DNA of 64,000 bases from NCBI RefSeq assembly GCF_003334335.1, contig NZ_QOWQ01000005.1; one strand, written 5' to 3'. The stretch's first letter is position 1. Each line of letters begins with the position of its first letter. The position numbers and the translations under genes are program-made. Of the stretch, positions 48,557-60,316 are shown one piece after another. The stretch comes from Escherichia coli (GTDB taxonomy: Bacteria > Pseudomonadota > Gammaproteobacteria > Enterobacterales > Enterobacteriaceae). A model generated the notes under the pieces. That model was not told the origin of the DNA, did not search any database, and was given only the letters and a program-made list of their open reading frames with translations.

Positions 48557-49747
48557 CTATGCCGCATTCCCTTTCGCCATGGGAGCCAGTGCCGCAGGCA
48601 ACTCTTTACCCAGCCCCTGCACCAGCGAATCTTGCGTAATTTCGCTGATCGATTTCGCGCCAGTCAGCGTCATCGCCACTTTCATCTCTTTTTCGATCAG
48701 ATTTAGCAGGTTAGCTACACCCGCCTGGCCCGCTGTTGCCAGCGCATACAAGAAAGCACGACCCAGCAGTACGGTGTCGGCACCGAGCGCAATCATACGC
48801 ACGACATCAAGCCCGTTACGAATTCCGCTATCCGCCAGAATGGCTATATCACCTTTCACCGCATCTGCAATAGCAGGCAGTGCACGGGCGGAAGAGAGTA
48901 CACCGTCCAGCTGGCGGCCACCGTGGTTAGAAACCACAATTCCATCAGCACCAAAACGTACTGCATCGCGCGCATCTTCCGGATCGAGGATCCCTTTGAT
49001 CACCATCGGGCCATCCCAGAAATCGCGGATCCATTCAAGGTCTTTCCATGAGATGGACGGATCGAAGTTATTCCCCAGCCAGCCGATGTAATCTTCCAGT
49101 CCGGTCGGTTTGCCGAGATAAGCTGAGATATTACCTAAATCATGTGGACGACCGTTCAGGCCCACATCCCACGCCCATTGCGGATGTGTCACCGCTTGCA
49201 AGTAGCGGCGCATTGCCGCGTTCGGGCCGCTCATACCTGAATGCGCATCACGGTAGCGTGCGCCCGGTGTCGGCATATCCACGGTGAAAACCAGCGTCGA
49301 ACAACCCGCTGCTTTTGCTCGCTCCAGCGCGTTACGCATAAAGCCGCGATCGCGCAGTACATAAAGCTGGAACCACATTGGGCGCTTGATGGCTGGCGCG
49401 ACTTCTTCAATCGGGCAAACGGAAACCGTCGAGAGAGTAAACGGAATACCATGCGCGTCCGCCGCTTTGGCTGCCTGAACTTCGCCACGACGCGCATACA
49501 TGCCACACAAACCCACCGGAGCCAGTGCCACCGGCATCGACAATTTCTCATTAAACAGCGTCGTTTCCAGGCTTAAGTCGGACATGTTTTTCAGAATACG
49601 CTGGCGCAGCGCCACTTCTGACAAATCTTCCACGTTGCGGCGCAGCGTGTATTCAGAATATGCACCACCATCCATATAGTGGAACAGGAACGGCGGCAGA
49701 ATGCGTTGCGCTGCGGCGCGATAATCGCTGGCTGCGGAAATAATCAT
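48557..49747 (-). CDS. lldD: L-lactate dehydrogenase (FMN-dependent)
   Basis: 396-aa alpha-hydroxy-acid oxidase-family ORF. Confidence 0.92.
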
Positions 49748-50520
49748 GCGTTTTTCTCCCTCGAATGCTCATTATGCTCACCGGGCAGGCGGGTAATCCG
49801 TGCGTGGCGAGCCTGATCTTCATCGAATCGTTTCATGGTGGTGTGAACAAAACTAAGGTGCGCCATCATTGCTTTACGCGCCCCGTCAGCATCACCGGCA
49901 AAAATGGCGTCAATGACAGCCTGATGTTGTTCGGTCAGTTGTGAAAAAACCGGTGGCACCAGATACATCCGCTGACGGCTATGCTTCACTGAGGATTGCA
50001 GGACATCGAAGAAACCGCGCATGGTTTGCAGCAGCACGATGTTATGTGAGGCTTCGGCAATCGCCAGATGAAAACGAACGTCCGCTTGTGAGGCGATATC
50101 CGGGTCTTCACTTAGCGTTGCTTCAAAGCAAAGCTGAATCTTTTCTTTGTCGCCAGGTGTGGCGCGCATTGCCGCATGCCATGCGGTGCTGGCTTCAATG
50201 GCGTAGCGGGCTTCCAGAATATCGAAACTGTAATCCGGATCATCGGCCATCAGTGTTTTTAGCGGCTGGACGATGTTTTGCTCCGACCATGTGTCATGAC
50301 GCCAGCGAATAAACGTCCCGCCGCCGCGTCGACTGAGCAGCACGCCTTCACTCACCAGTTTTGCCAGCGCCTCGCGCAGTGAATTACGTGATACGCCGAG
50401 TTGCATCGCCAGTTGGCGCTCAGCGGGCAACTTCATGCCCGCTTCCAGGTTTTTTTCATCAATCAGCGCCCGCACACGATCGGCAACCTCGTCTGACAGG
50501 CGTCTGGGTAAAACAATCAT
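49744..50520 (-). CDS. lldR: L-lactate operon regulator (GntR/FadR family)
   Basis: ORF 49744..50535 trimmed to [22 protein letters not shown] (258 aa). Confidence 0.88.
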
Positions 50521-52175
50521 TAAGGAATCATCCACGTTAAGACATAAGCCTGAAGCGTGGTGATCACGCCCACTATACAGGTGAAGATCAGGCTGTGTTT
50601 GACAGTAAAGCGGAACAAATCAGACTCTTTGCCCACCAGGCCTACCGCCGCACAGGCGATAGCGATAGATTGCGGGGAGATCATCTTACCGGTGACGCCA
50701 CCGGTGGTATTGGCGGCAACCAGCAACAGATCAGAGACGCCAATTTGTTGTGCTGCGGTGGCTTGCAGCGCGGCGAACAGGGCGTTAGATGAGGTATCCG
50801 ACCCGGTCAGGAATACCCCCAGCCAGCCGAGGAACGGCGAGAAGAAGGTGAATGCATGACCGGTGTGCGCCAGTGCCAGCGCCAGTGTTGATGACAGTCC
50901 GGAATAGTTCGAAATAAAGGCGAATGCCAGCACCATACCGATGGAGTAGATGGGCAGAGCCAGTTCTTTCAGCGTGCTGCCGAAGGTGCTGATAGCGTCA
51001 GACGGTTTCATCTTCAGCCAGACAATCGAGAGCAGTGCAGCAAACAGAATGGCGGTGCCGGTGGCAGAGAACCAGTCAAACTTAAACACGGCGGCATAGG
51101 CTGTAGCCTCGCTGACCACTGGCGGCATACGGGCAACCAGTTTATCGAGGTACGGCACCGGAATATTGATCACCCACTCATACAGCGCGCCACCCGATGC
51201 GAACAGGGCTTTAAACGGCGGGATACTCCACAGTGTTACGGTAGCTGTCAGGAACAGGAACGGTGTCCAGGCACGTAACACCTGACCCGCAGTGTAACCG
51301 GTGTGGGCCAGCGTCATATCAACCTGTGACGCCCCCAAATCACCAAAACGGAATACACGCACTGGCTGCCAGCGTTTGAGGAACAGCGTCAGGCAGAGCA
51401 GTGATACCAGCGAAGAGATAATGTCCGGCAGCTCCGGCCCAATGAAGTTAGAGCTAAGGTACTGAGCGATGGCAAACGAGCCGCCCGCAACCACGACCGC
51501 AGGCCACGTCTCTTTGATACCGCGCCAGCCGTCCATAATCGCCATGATCCAGAACAGCACGATAATGGTCATAAACGGTAGCTGCCGCCCCACCATCTGA
51601 CCAATCTCAAAGCTGTCGATACCTGTTACCTGTCCGGCAACCAGGATTGGAATGCCCATCGCACCAAATGCCACTGGCGCGGTGTTAACAATCAGGCACA
51701 GCCCGGCGGCGTACAGCGGTTTAAAACCCAGGCCGACCAGCAATGCGGCGGTAATTGCTACCGGTGCGCCAAAGCCTGCGGCTCCTTCAAGGAACGCGCC
51801 GAAACAGAAACCGACGATCAGCATTTGCAGACGCTGGTCAGGGGTTATCGAAAGAATAGACGAGCGAATGATGTCAAACTGCCCGGTTTTCACCGAGATC
51901 TTATAGACGAACACCGCTGCAATAATGATCCACGCGATGGGCCACAACCCGTAGAAGAAACCATAAACCACCGAGGCCAGCGCGTTAGCGACCGGCATTT
52001 TATAGAACAGCAAAGCCACGGCAAGGGCGATTGCCACCGTCCACGAGGCGGCGACGTATCCTTTCAGTTTGAGCTTAATCAGCGCAAAGAAGAAAAACAG
52101 GATGGGAAGCGATGCTATCAGACTGGAAAGCCAGATATTCCCGGCGGGATCGTAGTTTTGTTGCCAGAGATTCAT
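50520..52175 (-). CDS. lldP: L-lactate permease
   Basis: ORF 50520..52202 trimmed to [15 protein letters not shown] (551 aa). Confidence 0.88.
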   Translation of the reverse strand: MNLWQQNYDPAGNIWLSSLIASLPILFFFFALIKLKLKGYVAASWTVAIALAVALLFYKMPVANALASVVYGFFYGLWPIAWIIIAAVFVYKISVKTGQFDIIRSSILSITPDQRLQMLIVGFCFGAFLEGAAGFGAPVAITAALLVGLGFKPLYAAGLCLIVNTAPVAFGAMGIPILVAGQVTGIDSFEIGQMVGRQLPFMTIIVLFWIMAIMDGWRGIKETWPAVVVAGGSFAIAQYLSSNFIGPELPDIISSLVSLLCLTLFLKRWQPVRVFRFGDLGASQVDMTLAHTGYTAGQVLRAWTPFLFLTATVTLWSIPPFKALFASGGALYEWVINIPVPYLDKLVARMPPVVSEATAYAAVFKFDWFSATGTAILFAALLSIVWLKMKPSDAISTFGSTLKELALPIYSIGMVLAFAFISNYSGLSSTLALALAHTGHAFTFFSPFLGWLGVFLTGSDTSSNALFAALQATAAQQIGVSDLLLVAANTTGGVTGKMISPQSIAIACAAVGLVGKESDLFRFTVKHSLIFTCIVGVITTLQAYVLTWMIP

Positions 52176-52373
52176 TGCAGGTCTCCTGGAGTCCACGCAC
52201 ATCGTGTAATGAGTCTGTTGCTCATCTCCTTGTCACACGTTGTGTAAAAGTGGCACTGCCAATTGTGTTGTGTAGGGATAATGACAATGAATGGTTAACT
52301 AAATGTTATGTATTGGCAACATTGATGTGAGTTTTAATTGGGAAATTGTGAACCAGAGGTCAGATAAGCGAAG

Positions 52374-52390
52374 AATTGGTAGGGCCAATT
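52374..52390. promoter_or_regulatory. Candidate LldR operator, perfect palindrome AATTGG-TAGGG-CCAATT
   Basis: 17-bp palindrome about 200 bp upstream of lldP; matches my recollection of the lldPRD operator AATTGGCCCTACCAATT on the coding strand. Confidence 0.6.
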
Positions 52391-52546
52391 CTTGTGGGGG
52401 GAGATGTCTGGTAAAGAAAAGGGCAATCCTCATCAGAGAATTGCCCTTAGGTTGTTGATCCAGAGCGCCTTATCTTGCCGGATGCGGCGTGAACACCTTA
52501 CTCGGCCTATAGGAATGTGCAGAATCACCCTGTAGATACTGTGTTC

Positions 52547-52909
52547 TTAAAACGCGGTCTTTGAAAACCCAGTCATCTCCTGCAGGCCCATTTCGCGGCC
52601 CAGTGCGGTCATTGGGTGCACAACGACCAGTCCGCGAACACTTTTCTTCAGCTTGCCCATATCAGCCTGCTCTTTTTTGGTAATTGCGCGCTGGAATGGC
52701 ATCTTCATCAGCTTCTGTGCTTCTTTACTCAGTTTTTGGCTATGAACTTCACGCAGGCGAGCAATTTCTGCTTCCAGCGTGGCTTTCTCTTTTTCCAGCT
52801 CGGCATATTTGTCTGCGGCTTCAACCAGCGAAAGATCGGCCTGCTGGTGGCGGATGGCGTCCAGGCGATCGCTGAGACGTTTGATTTCGTTTTTTTCGAC
52901 TTCTTTCAT
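52547..52909 (-). CDS. yibL: DUF2810 family coiled-coil protein
   Basis: 120-aa [26 protein letters not shown]. Confidence 0.75.
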
Positions 52910-53193
52910 GTGATGGCTTCTGATAAAGATAAATTTATAGCCCCTAGTATGCGCGACCAGGTGCTTTGTTCACAACTAATGACATTGTAATAGTTCTGTA
53001 ACGTAATCATTAACATGCTCAAAAACTACGCAATTCGTTGATTAATTAAGAAATCTATAGAAAAAAGATAATAAACAGCAGCGGATGATTATTGAGGATT
53101 CAGCACGTTTTCCTTAATGTCATCTTTACCGGGAACCTAAACTAAAATTGGCGGCCGCGCATTCCCGGCGCGGGGTAATACGGAGATATCATC

Positions 53194-53403
53194 ATGGGCA
53201 AATTAGGTGAAAACGTTCCGCTTCTTATCGATAAAGCCGTAGATTTCATGGCATCAAGCCAGGCGTTCCGGGAGTATCTGAAAAAACTTCCTCCCCGTAA
53301 CGCGATTCCGTCCGGAATACCCGATGAAAGCGTGCCGTTATATCTACAACGTCTGGAGTATTATCGTCGGCTTTATCGGCCGAAGCAGGTAGAGGGGCAG
53401 TAA
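53194..53403 (+). CDS. yibT: Small protein of unknown function
   Basis: 69-aa [34 protein letters not shown]; symbol from recalled synteny between mtlR and yibL; hairpin plus T-run downstream. Confidence 0.55.
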
Positions 53404-53414
53404 GCAGACGTTGC

Positions 53415-54002
53415 TTACTTTTGAAAGGCTTTTTTTAAGCTGATTTTGGAAATCAGCTCAGTCAGTGAAAGGACCATTGTTGATCGCACAGCCTGTTGAT
53501 AGCGCTGAATTTGCATTGCATACAAACTGGAGTCTGCTGGTTCAAACTGTGGCGGCGGTGGTAACGCCGCCACGCAGTGCAGTTCACCAAAGGGTCCAAG
53601 GATTTCGTCGTCGGTAAAGGCGTACTCGTTGCCGTCGTGATTTAGCTCTTCACGCAATGCCATCAGCAGTTCCGCATCTTCGTATTCCTGGCGGTTAATG
53701 ACGCCCAACCCGTAAATGAGTTTTAAACGCACAGAAAGATCGCCCAGCGGACCATCGCCGTCGAGTAACGGTTCTACAGCATACTTCACCGCGTAATCGT
53801 CTTTGCGGAATACCTGAAGCACCAGAAGATTTACCGCCTCGGTCAGGAGCTCGACGGCGGTGATCAGAAAGCTTCGCACGGTTTTGCCAGCATTCAGACG
53901 CTCAAGCACACGGTTTTCAAAGGCCTGGGTTTGTTCCATTGTTGCCTGCATATCTGACAATCTGTTATTCGGGCGCAGGGTGTCCTGCGCCTGGTCCACC
54001 AT
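53415..54002 (-). CDS. mtlR: Mannitol operon repressor
   Basis: 195-aa ORF immediately downstream of mtlD. Confidence 0.85.
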   Translation of the reverse strand: MVDQAQDTLRPNNRLSDMQATMEQTQAFENRVLERLNAGKTVRSFLITAVELLTEAVNLLVLQVFRKDDYAVKYAVEPLLDGDGPLGDLSVRLKLIYGLGVINRQEYEDAELLMALREELNHDGNEYAFTDDEILGPFGELHCVAALPPPPQFEPADSSLYAMQIQRYQQAVRSTMVLSLTELISKISLKKAFQK

Positions 54003-55150
54003 TATTGCATTGCTTTATAAGCGGTTACCGCCTCGGATACAACCTCGCTGTTGGCATCAAGACCGGAAATCTGTGCCAGCGCCGCCTGCGGACCTTTGTC
54101 AGCGATCAGTGCTGCCAGTTCCTGAGCCTGCGGATCATCTTCACTGCGGAAGTGCATTGCAGCGGCAATACCTTCAATCAGGTTTTTATGTGGCAGACCA
54201 TATTCCAGCGTACCGAGCAGTGGCTTGATCAGACGGTCGCCAGCACTCAGTTTACGCAGTGGCTGACGGCCTACGCGCTCTACATCATCTTTCAGATACG
54301 GGTTCTCAAAACGGCCGAGAATTTTCTGGATGTACGCCGCATGCTTGTCAGCGTCAAAGCCGTAGCGCTTGATCAATACTGCACCACTTTCTTCCATCGC
54401 ACCTTTTACCACCGCGCGGATTTTCTCGTCGAGAATCGCGTCACGAATGGTCTGATGACCGGCCAGTTTTCCGAGGTACGCGGTTATAGCATGACCCGTG
54501 TTCAGGGTGAAGAGTTTACGTTCGACAAATGCCATCAGGTTGTCGGTTAACTCCATGCCTGGGATGTTCGGCAGTGCGCCTTTGAACTGCGTTTTATCGA
54601 CAATCCATTCGCTGAAGGTTTCTACCGTCACTTCCAGCGGATCGTTAGTTGCCGAAGCCGAAGGCGGTACGATGCGGTCAACGGCGGAATCGACAAAGCC
54701 AACGTGTTCTTCTACCCACGCTTTGGCGTCTTCCGGCAGGGCGTTCATCACATGGCCTTTCAGCTGCGTGGTACCGCGTACCATGTTTTCACAGGCGATG
54801 ATGTTCAGCGGGGATTCATTACCTTGTTCTTTACGTTTCACCAGCCCTTTGGCGATTGCCGGAGCAATACGTTCCAGCACAACCGGGCCAACGGCGGTAG
54901 TGACTAAATCAACCTGAGCAATCAGATCAACGACATCATCACCAATGCTGCTGACAGCATTGACGCCGGAAACGGTATCTACCTGCTCGGTTTCACCAAC
55001 CACATGTACCTGATAGCTATGACGGGCATTCAGGGCATCAAGTACCACCTGATTGACATCGGCAAACGTCAGTTGGATACCCGCGTCTGCCAGCAGTTTA
55101 CCGATAAAGCCACGACCGATATTACCTGCGCCAAAATGTAATGCTTTCAT
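54002..55150 (-). CDS. mtlD: Mannitol-1-phosphate 5-dehydrogenase
   Basis: ORF track 54002..55468 is over-extended through the REP cluster; true N-terminus [17 protein letters not shown] (382 aa). Confidence 0.9.
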   Translation of the reverse strand: MKALHFGAGNIGRGFIGKLLADAGIQLTFADVNQVVLDALNARHSYQVHVVGETEQVDTVSGVNAVSSIGDDVVDLIAQVDLVTTAVGPVVLERIAPAIAKGLVKRKEQGNESPLNIIACENMVRGTTQLKGHVMNALPEDAKAWVEEHVGFVDSAVDRIVPPSASATNDPLEVTVETFSEWIVDKTQFKGALPNIPGMELTDNLMAFVERKLFTLNTGHAITAYLGKLAGHQTIRDAILDEKIRAVVKGAMEESGAVLIKRYGFDADKHAAYIQKILGRFENPYLKDDVERVGRQPLRKLSAGDRLIKPLLGTLEYGLPHKNLIEGIAAAMHFRSEDDPQAQELAALIADKGPQAALAQISGLDANSEVVSEAVTAYKAMQ

Positions 55151-55159
55151 AGTATTAAC

Positions 55160-55378
55160 CTTCATCAATGTTTTTACCCGAGAGGGCTGGGGTGAGGCTT
55201 TTCCCTCACCCAAACCCTCTCCGTGAGGAGAGGGGCAGCGCCGGATGCGGCGTAAGCGCCTTATCCGGCCTACAAGAACGTGCAAATTCAACAAATTGTG
55301 ATGCATCCTGTAGGCCTGATAAGCGTAGCGCATCAGGCAATTAACCCCACCTTCTCCATGTGGAGAGGGTGGGATTGG
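55160..55378. repeat. REP / GC-rich palindromic repeat cluster in the mtlA-mtlD intergenic region
   Basis: Two canonical REP units (gccggatgcggcg...ccggcctac and gcctgataagcgtagcgcatcaggc) flanked by ccctctcc / ggagaggg palindromes. Confidence 0.7.
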
Positions 55379-55379
55379 A

Positions 55380-57293
55380 TTACTTACGACCTGCCAGCAG
55401 TTCCAGCACTTCATCCACGCTGGTGGTGTGTGCCAGACGCTCGATGACGGACTCATCATCCAGTGCATTGGTCAGGCTGGTGATAACCTGAATGTGCTCG
55501 TTGTTACGGGCAGCAATACCAATCACCAGACGGGCAATGTCATCTTCTTCTTCACCGAAGCGCACGCCTTCCGGGTACTGGCAGAACACGACGCCCGTTT
55601 TCAGTACGCGATCTTTCGCTTCAACCGTACCGTGTGGCACCGCGATAGACTCACCCAGATAAGTCGGGGTCAGTTTTTCACGATCCAGCATCGCCTGAAC
55701 GTATTCCGGCTCAACGTAACCGCCTTTCACCAGCTGCTCGCCAGCAAAACGAATCGCTTCTTCTTTGGTTGCCGCTTTGCGACCGAGGAAGATGTTCTCC
55801 GCGCCTAGCTTGAACAGGTTAGCACTGGAATCGTCAAAGCTGTCTTTCAGGCTGTCTTTTACTTTCTCTTCGTTTGCCGTGTGGCGTTGGGCAGCAACCA
55901 GACGTTCGGTCAGGCTGGTGTACAGGCCGCTGTCGAGGAAGTTGGTCAGCGAAATATGCTGTGCCTGCGGAACCTGGCGCATAGCGCGTTCGGTCAGGTC
56001 ACGGTGAGTGATGACGAGGTCCACATCTGGCGGCAGGTTGTTGATCGCGCTGTTAGTAACAGAAATCTGCGACAGACCTGCATCCTGAATTTTCTTACGC
56101 AGAACGCCTGCGCCCATCGCACTGGAACCCATACCGGCGTCACAGGCAACGATGATTTTACGTACGTGGCTCAGGTCGTTAGTCACATCGCCAGCAGACA
56201 GCGGAGATGCGCCTTTAGACTCAGCTTTCATGTCCTGCATACGACGAGTTGCTGCTTCAATATCATCTTCTTCTTTCACTTTGCTGGTTTTCAGCAAAAT
56301 AGCAGAGACAACGAAGGAGACAGCCATCGCCGCACACACACCCGCGATGTTAGCGAAGTAAGCACCTTTTGGTGTCATCGCCAGTACAGCAAGGATAGAA
56401 CCCGGAGATGCCGGAGAAACCAGACCACCGCCCAGGATAGTCAGCGTGAACACGCCAGTCATACCGCCGAGGATGACTGCGAGGATCAGACGCGGATTCA
56501 TCAGCACATACGGGAAGTAGATTTCGTGGATACCCCCCAGGAAGTGGATGATTGCCGCACCGCCCGCAGACTGTTTAGCGCTACCACGACCAAAGAACAT
56601 GTACGCCAGCAGCACGCCCATACCTGGACCTGGGTTAGCTTCAATCAGGAAGAAGATTGATTTACCCAGTTCATGGGACTGCTGAATACCCAGCGGCGAG
56701 AAGATACCGTGGTTAATGGCGTTGTTGAGGAACAGGATTTTCGCCGGTTCAACAAAGATAGACGCCAGCGGCAGCATGTCATGGACAACCATGAAGTTAA
56801 CGCCCGCAGCCAGCATTTTGGACAGGGCTTCAACAATCGGGCCAATGCCGAGGAATGCCAGAATAGCGAGGATCATCCCGATGATGCCTGCGGAGAAGTT
56901 ATTCACCAGCATCTCAAAACCGGATTTGATCTTACCGTCTACCCAGCGGTCGAAGTGCTTAATGCACCAGCCGCCCAGCGGACCTGCAATCATAGAACCG
57001 AGGAACATCGGCATGTCTGCGCCGACGATAACGCCCATGGTGGTGATGGCACCGACTACGCCGCCACGTTCGCCGCCTACCAGCTTACCACCGGTATAAC
57101 CGATCAGCAGCGGCAGGAGATAAGTGATCATCGGCCCGACCAGCTTCGCCAGCGTCTCGTTCGGTAACCACCCTGTTGGAATAAATAACGCGGTGATGAT
57201 ACCCCACGCGATAAACGCGCCGATATTTGGCATCACCATGTTGCTGAGGAAACGACCAAAGCTTTGCACTTTGATCTTAATATCGGATGACAT
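55380..57293 (-). CDS. mtlA: PTS mannitol-specific EIICBA component
   Basis: 637-aa [34 protein letters not shown]. Confidence 0.93.
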   Translation of the reverse strand: MSSDIKIKVQSFGRFLSNMVMPNIGAFIAWGIITALFIPTGWLPNETLAKLVGPMITYLLPLLIGYTGGKLVGGERGGVVGAITTMGVIVGADMPMFLGSMIAGPLGGWCIKHFDRWVDGKIKSGFEMLVNNFSAGIIGMILAILAFLGIGPIVEALSKMLAAGVNFMVVHDMLPLASIFVEPAKILFLNNAINHGIFSPLGIQQSHELGKSIFFLIEANPGPGMGVLLAYMFFGRGSAKQSAGGAAIIHFLGGIHEIYFPYVLMNPRLILAVILGGMTGVFTLTILGGGLVSPASPGSILAVLAMTPKGAYFANIAGVCAAMAVSFVVSAILLKTSKVKEEDDIEAATRRMQDMKAESKGASPLSAGDVTNDLSHVRKIIVACDAGMGSSAMGAGVLRKKIQDAGLSQISVTNSAINNLPPDVDLVITHRDLTERAMRQVPQAQHISLTNFLDSGLYTSLTERLVAAQRHTANEEKVKDSLKDSFDDSSANLFKLGAENIFLGRKAATKEEAIRFAGEQLVKGGYVEPEYVQAMLDREKLTPTYLGESIAVPHGTVEAKDRVLKTGVVFCQYPEGVRFGEEEDDIARLVIGIAARNNEHIQVITSLTNALDDESVIERLAHTTSVDEVLELLAGRK

Positions 57294-57436
57294 AAAAACA
57301 CCCCTTCTTATGTTTGCTGTCGCGCAGGCTGGAAGCCCGAGGTTTTTTGTTAATGTGGCGGCAGAGGTAGCCGGACCTTGTAGATACTGCGAAATCTGGC
57401 ACTGAATCGGTTAACTGTCCAGTCGACGGCCTTTTG

Positions 57437-57452
57437 TGTGATATCAATCACA
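57437..57452. promoter_or_regulatory. CRP site TGTGA-tatcaa-TCACA (mtlA promoter region)
   Basis: Perfect symmetric CRP core motif. Confidence 0.65.
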
Positions 57453-57553
57453 TAAATATAGGGGGTAGAGAGGTAATTGACGTGACGTTCATCACAAAAC
57501 GCTTGTGTAAAAAAGCAACAAGGCGGCGATTTTCGCTAAAAATGGCATTTAAA

Positions 57554-57569
57554 TGTGAGTAGTGTCACA
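57554..57569. promoter_or_regulatory. CRP site TGTGA-gtagtg-TCACA (mtlA promoter region)
   Basis: Perfect symmetric CRP core motif. Confidence 0.65.
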
Positions 57570-57597
57570 TTTTTGTTTTGATGGTTTGTTGAATCTT

Positions 57598-57613
57598 TGT
57601 GATCTGAATCACA
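57598..57613. promoter_or_regulatory. CRP site TGTGA-tctgaa-TCACA (mtlA promoter region)
   Basis: Perfect symmetric CRP core motif. Confidence 0.65.
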
Positions 57614-57829
57614 AGATATTTTCTTACGGCGTTCACCTGATGTGATCTACAGCATGTTATGCCTTCGTCATACAATCGTTATGTAACTAAGCAACTCATC
57701 ACCTCTAAAAATTATTCTTTGGTGTTATGGCGAGAATCGCGAACCCGGATTATTGTCAAAATATCAGCCTGACTCCCTTCTGGCTGCCAGCCCAAAAACA
57801 ACACTGATAAACGTGAATCCGAGGCAGAT

Positions 57830-58192
57830 ATGTTTCTAAACTATTTCGCGTTGGGAGTGCTGATCTTCGTCTTTCTGGTGATTTTTTATGGAATCATCGC
57901 GATACATGACATCCCTTATCTGATTGCCAAAAAGCGCAACCATCCCCATGCCGACGCTATTCATACGGCGGGCTGGGTGAGCCTGTTTACTCTGCATGTT
58001 ATCTGGCCGTTTCTGTGGATCTGGGCGACGCTCTATCAACCGGAGCGTGGCTGGGGTATGCAGTCACATGTTGCGTCGCAGGAGAAAGCGACTGACCCGG
58101 AAATCGCCGCACTTTCTGACCGAATTTCCCGGCTGGAGCATCAACTCGCCGCCGAGAAAAAGACTGACTATTCCACGTTCCCGGAGATCTAA
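57830..58192 (+). CDS. yibI: Small inner-membrane protein (DUF3302)
   Basis: 120-aa ORF with two predicted TM helices; stop is 2 nt before the yibH start. Confidence 0.75.
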   Translation: MFLNYFALGVLIFVFLVIFYGIIAIHDIPYLIAKKRNHPHADAIHTAGWVSLFTLHVIWPFLWIWATLYQPERGWGMQSHVASQEKATDPEIAALSDRISRLEHQLAAEKKTDYSTFPEI

Positions 58193-58194
58193 TT

Positions 58195-59331
58195 ATGGAT
58201 CTATTGATTGTTTTAACTTACGTGGCGCTGGCGTGGGCGGTCTTTAAAATCTTCCGCATTCCGGTAAATCAGTGGACGCTGGCGACGGCGGCGCTGGGAG
58301 GCGTGTTTCTGGTGAGTGGTTTGATTTTGTTGATGAACTACAACCACCCTTACACTTTTACCGCGCAAAAGGCAGTGATAGCGATCCCTATCACGCCACA
58401 GGTGACGGGAATTGTTACTGAAGTCACTGACAAGAATAATCAGCTTATTCAAAAGGGCGAGGTGCTTTTTAAGCTCGACCCGGTTCGTTACCAGGCGCGA
58501 GTTGACAGACTTCAGGCTGACCTGATGACGGCGACGCATAATATAAAGACGCTGCGTGCGCAGCTCACTGAAGCGCAGGCCAACACCACCCAGGTTTCAG
58601 CGGAGCGCGACCGTCTGTTTAAAAATTATCAACGTTACTTGAAAGGCAGCCAGGCGGCGGTGAATCCGTTCTCGGAACGTGACATCGACGATGCGCGGCA
58701 AAATTTCCTCGCGCAGGATGCGCTGGTGAAAGGCTCGGTGGCGGAGCAGGCGCAGATCCAGAGCCAGCTCGACAGTATGGTTAACGGCGAGCAATCGCAG
58801 ATTGTGAGCTTAAGAGCGCAACTTACTGAAGCAAAATATAACCTTGAGCAGACTGTCATTCGCGCGCCGAGCAATGGCTACGTTACTCAGGTACTGATCC
58901 GCCCAGGTACATACGCAGCTGCCTTGCCGCTGCGTCCGGTGATGGTCTTCATCCCCGAGCAAAAACGGCAAATTGTCGCCCAATTTCGGCAAAACTCGCT
59001 GTTACGTCTGAAACCCGGCGATGATGCGGAAGTGGTGTTTAACGCGCTACCTGGGCAGGTGTTTCACGGCAAACTGACTAGTATTTTACCTGTCGTGCCA
59101 GGCGGTTCTTATCAGGCGCAGGGGGTATTGCAATCATTAACGGTCGTGCCCGGCACGGACGGTGTGCTGGGAACCATTGAACTGGACCCTAACGATGATA
59201 TCGATGCCTTACCCGACGGCATCTACGCCCAGGTGGCGGTTTACTCCGACCATTTCAGCCATGTTTCGGTGATGCGGAAAGTGCTGCTAAGAATGACCAG
59301 CTGGATGCATTATCTTTATTTGGATCATTGA
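58195..59331 (+). CDS. yibH: HlyD-family periplasmic adaptor protein
   Basis: 378-aa ORF with N-terminal TM anchor, coiled-coil and beta-barrel regions typical of membrane-fusion proteins. Confidence 0.8.
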   Translation: MDLLIVLTYVALAWAVFKIFRIPVNQWTLATAALGGVFLVSGLILLMNYNHPYTFTAQKAVIAIPITPQVTGIVTEVTDKNNQLIQKGEVLFKLDPVRYQARVDRLQADLMTATHNIKTLRAQLTEAQANTTQVSAERDRLFKNYQRYLKGSQAAVNPFSERDIDDARQNFLAQDALVKGSVAEQAQIQSQLDSMVNGEQSQIVSLRAQLTEAKYNLEQTVIRAPSNGYVTQVLIRPGTYAAALPLRPVMVFIPEQKRQIVAQFRQNSLLRLKPGDDAEVVFNALPGQVFHGKLTSILPVVPGGSYQAQGVLQSLTVVPGTDGVLGTIELDPNDDIDALPDGIYAQVAVYSDHFSHVSVMRKVLLRMTSWMHYLYLDH

Positions 59332-59790
59332 GGGGGAGGGGGGAGATTATGGAACTTTGCTCCTTGTAAGGACTAATTATTTTTGCATATTACTTCATTA
59401 GCTGCGATGATTTTTCTTTAATATTCATTATGTTAATAAGTTCTGGATGAGTGTGCTCTCATTGGATTTTTTATCCGTCTTGTTCTGCCGCAGGATGAGA
59501 CTATACATCGTCGAGATCGCAATGATGATATGAGTTGTTCCTCCTGCGACGGCTCTAATCAAAAAAGAGCAGGAGTGCTTTTCCATCTATTGCGATGATG
59601 GCTTTATTATCTGAAGGATGACAGTCACATTTAAAAAATATTTAATCTATAGATCACAATGTAGGGTCATGGAATATATGTATACAACTATTTTCTTCTT
59701 CACTTTTAATTATCGTATTCATTATAAAACTAAGTTAAAAAAACTCCTGGAGAGTGAGTTATTAATATATTTTTAAATAAAATTAAGTTA

Positions 59791-60228
59791 TCATTCATCG
59801 ATGCACTTTATAGAATCATCAATGGCCATAATAGTACTATTAACTCTCAATTTTATATTTTTATCATCACTACAAATATTAACTGAATTTATATCAATGA
59901 TTTTTTTATTCTTATCTTTTATTTTATTTACTGTTTCAATGCAATCAGCGGCAAGTTGGAGTGGATTTAGATTTTTCAGATATGGTCTTATGATCTTTCC
60001 CTTACTTAATAAATAGCATGTATAGGATTCGGAAAGTCCAGCATCTATTTTGTACCTCATTATATTAGATAAGGATGTGAGAAATTCCTTGTTATCATTC
60101 GCAGCCATATATGCCAGTCCGAGTTCAGCCTCTGCGGCCTTACAGGCAAAATAGCTTAGTGAACACGCTTTTCGTCCCTCTTTAGTACTGGCTGATATTA
60201 GTGCCCATAATATTGCTTTGTCTGCCAA
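59791..60228 (-). CDS. Hypothetical protein; candidate immunity protein of the degenerate third Rhs module
   Basis: 145-aa AT-rich ORF immediately downstream (minus strand) of a degraded Rhs C-terminal remnant; role inferred from position only. Confidence 0.4.
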   Translation of the reverse strand: MADKAILWALISASTKEGRKACSLSYFACKAAEAELGLAYMAANDNKEFLTSLSNIMRYKIDAGLSESYTCYLLSKGKIIRPYLKNLNPLQLAADCIETVNKIKDKNKKIIDINSVNICSDDKNIKLRVNSTIMAIDDSIKCIDE

Positions 60229-60316
60229 ATCTAACTCTCTCTGAAATTGTCTTGCAGTAACTGCACTCGCAGAAATAGAGAAAAAAATACAATTGTTAAT
60301 AACCTTGCCATATTTT

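Noticed and set aside
48360-48560. Possible CRISPR array suggested by repeated GC-rich units
   Set aside because: The repeats are inverted rather than direct, irregularly spaced, without uniform spacers and without cas genes, so they are REP-type palindromic elements.
55151-55468. Upstream extension of the mtlD ORF (488 aa in the ORF track)
   Set aside because: The extension runs through the REP and GC-rich palindrome cluster. The mtlD N-terminus [12 protein letters not shown], with its Rossmann motif, starts at 55150.
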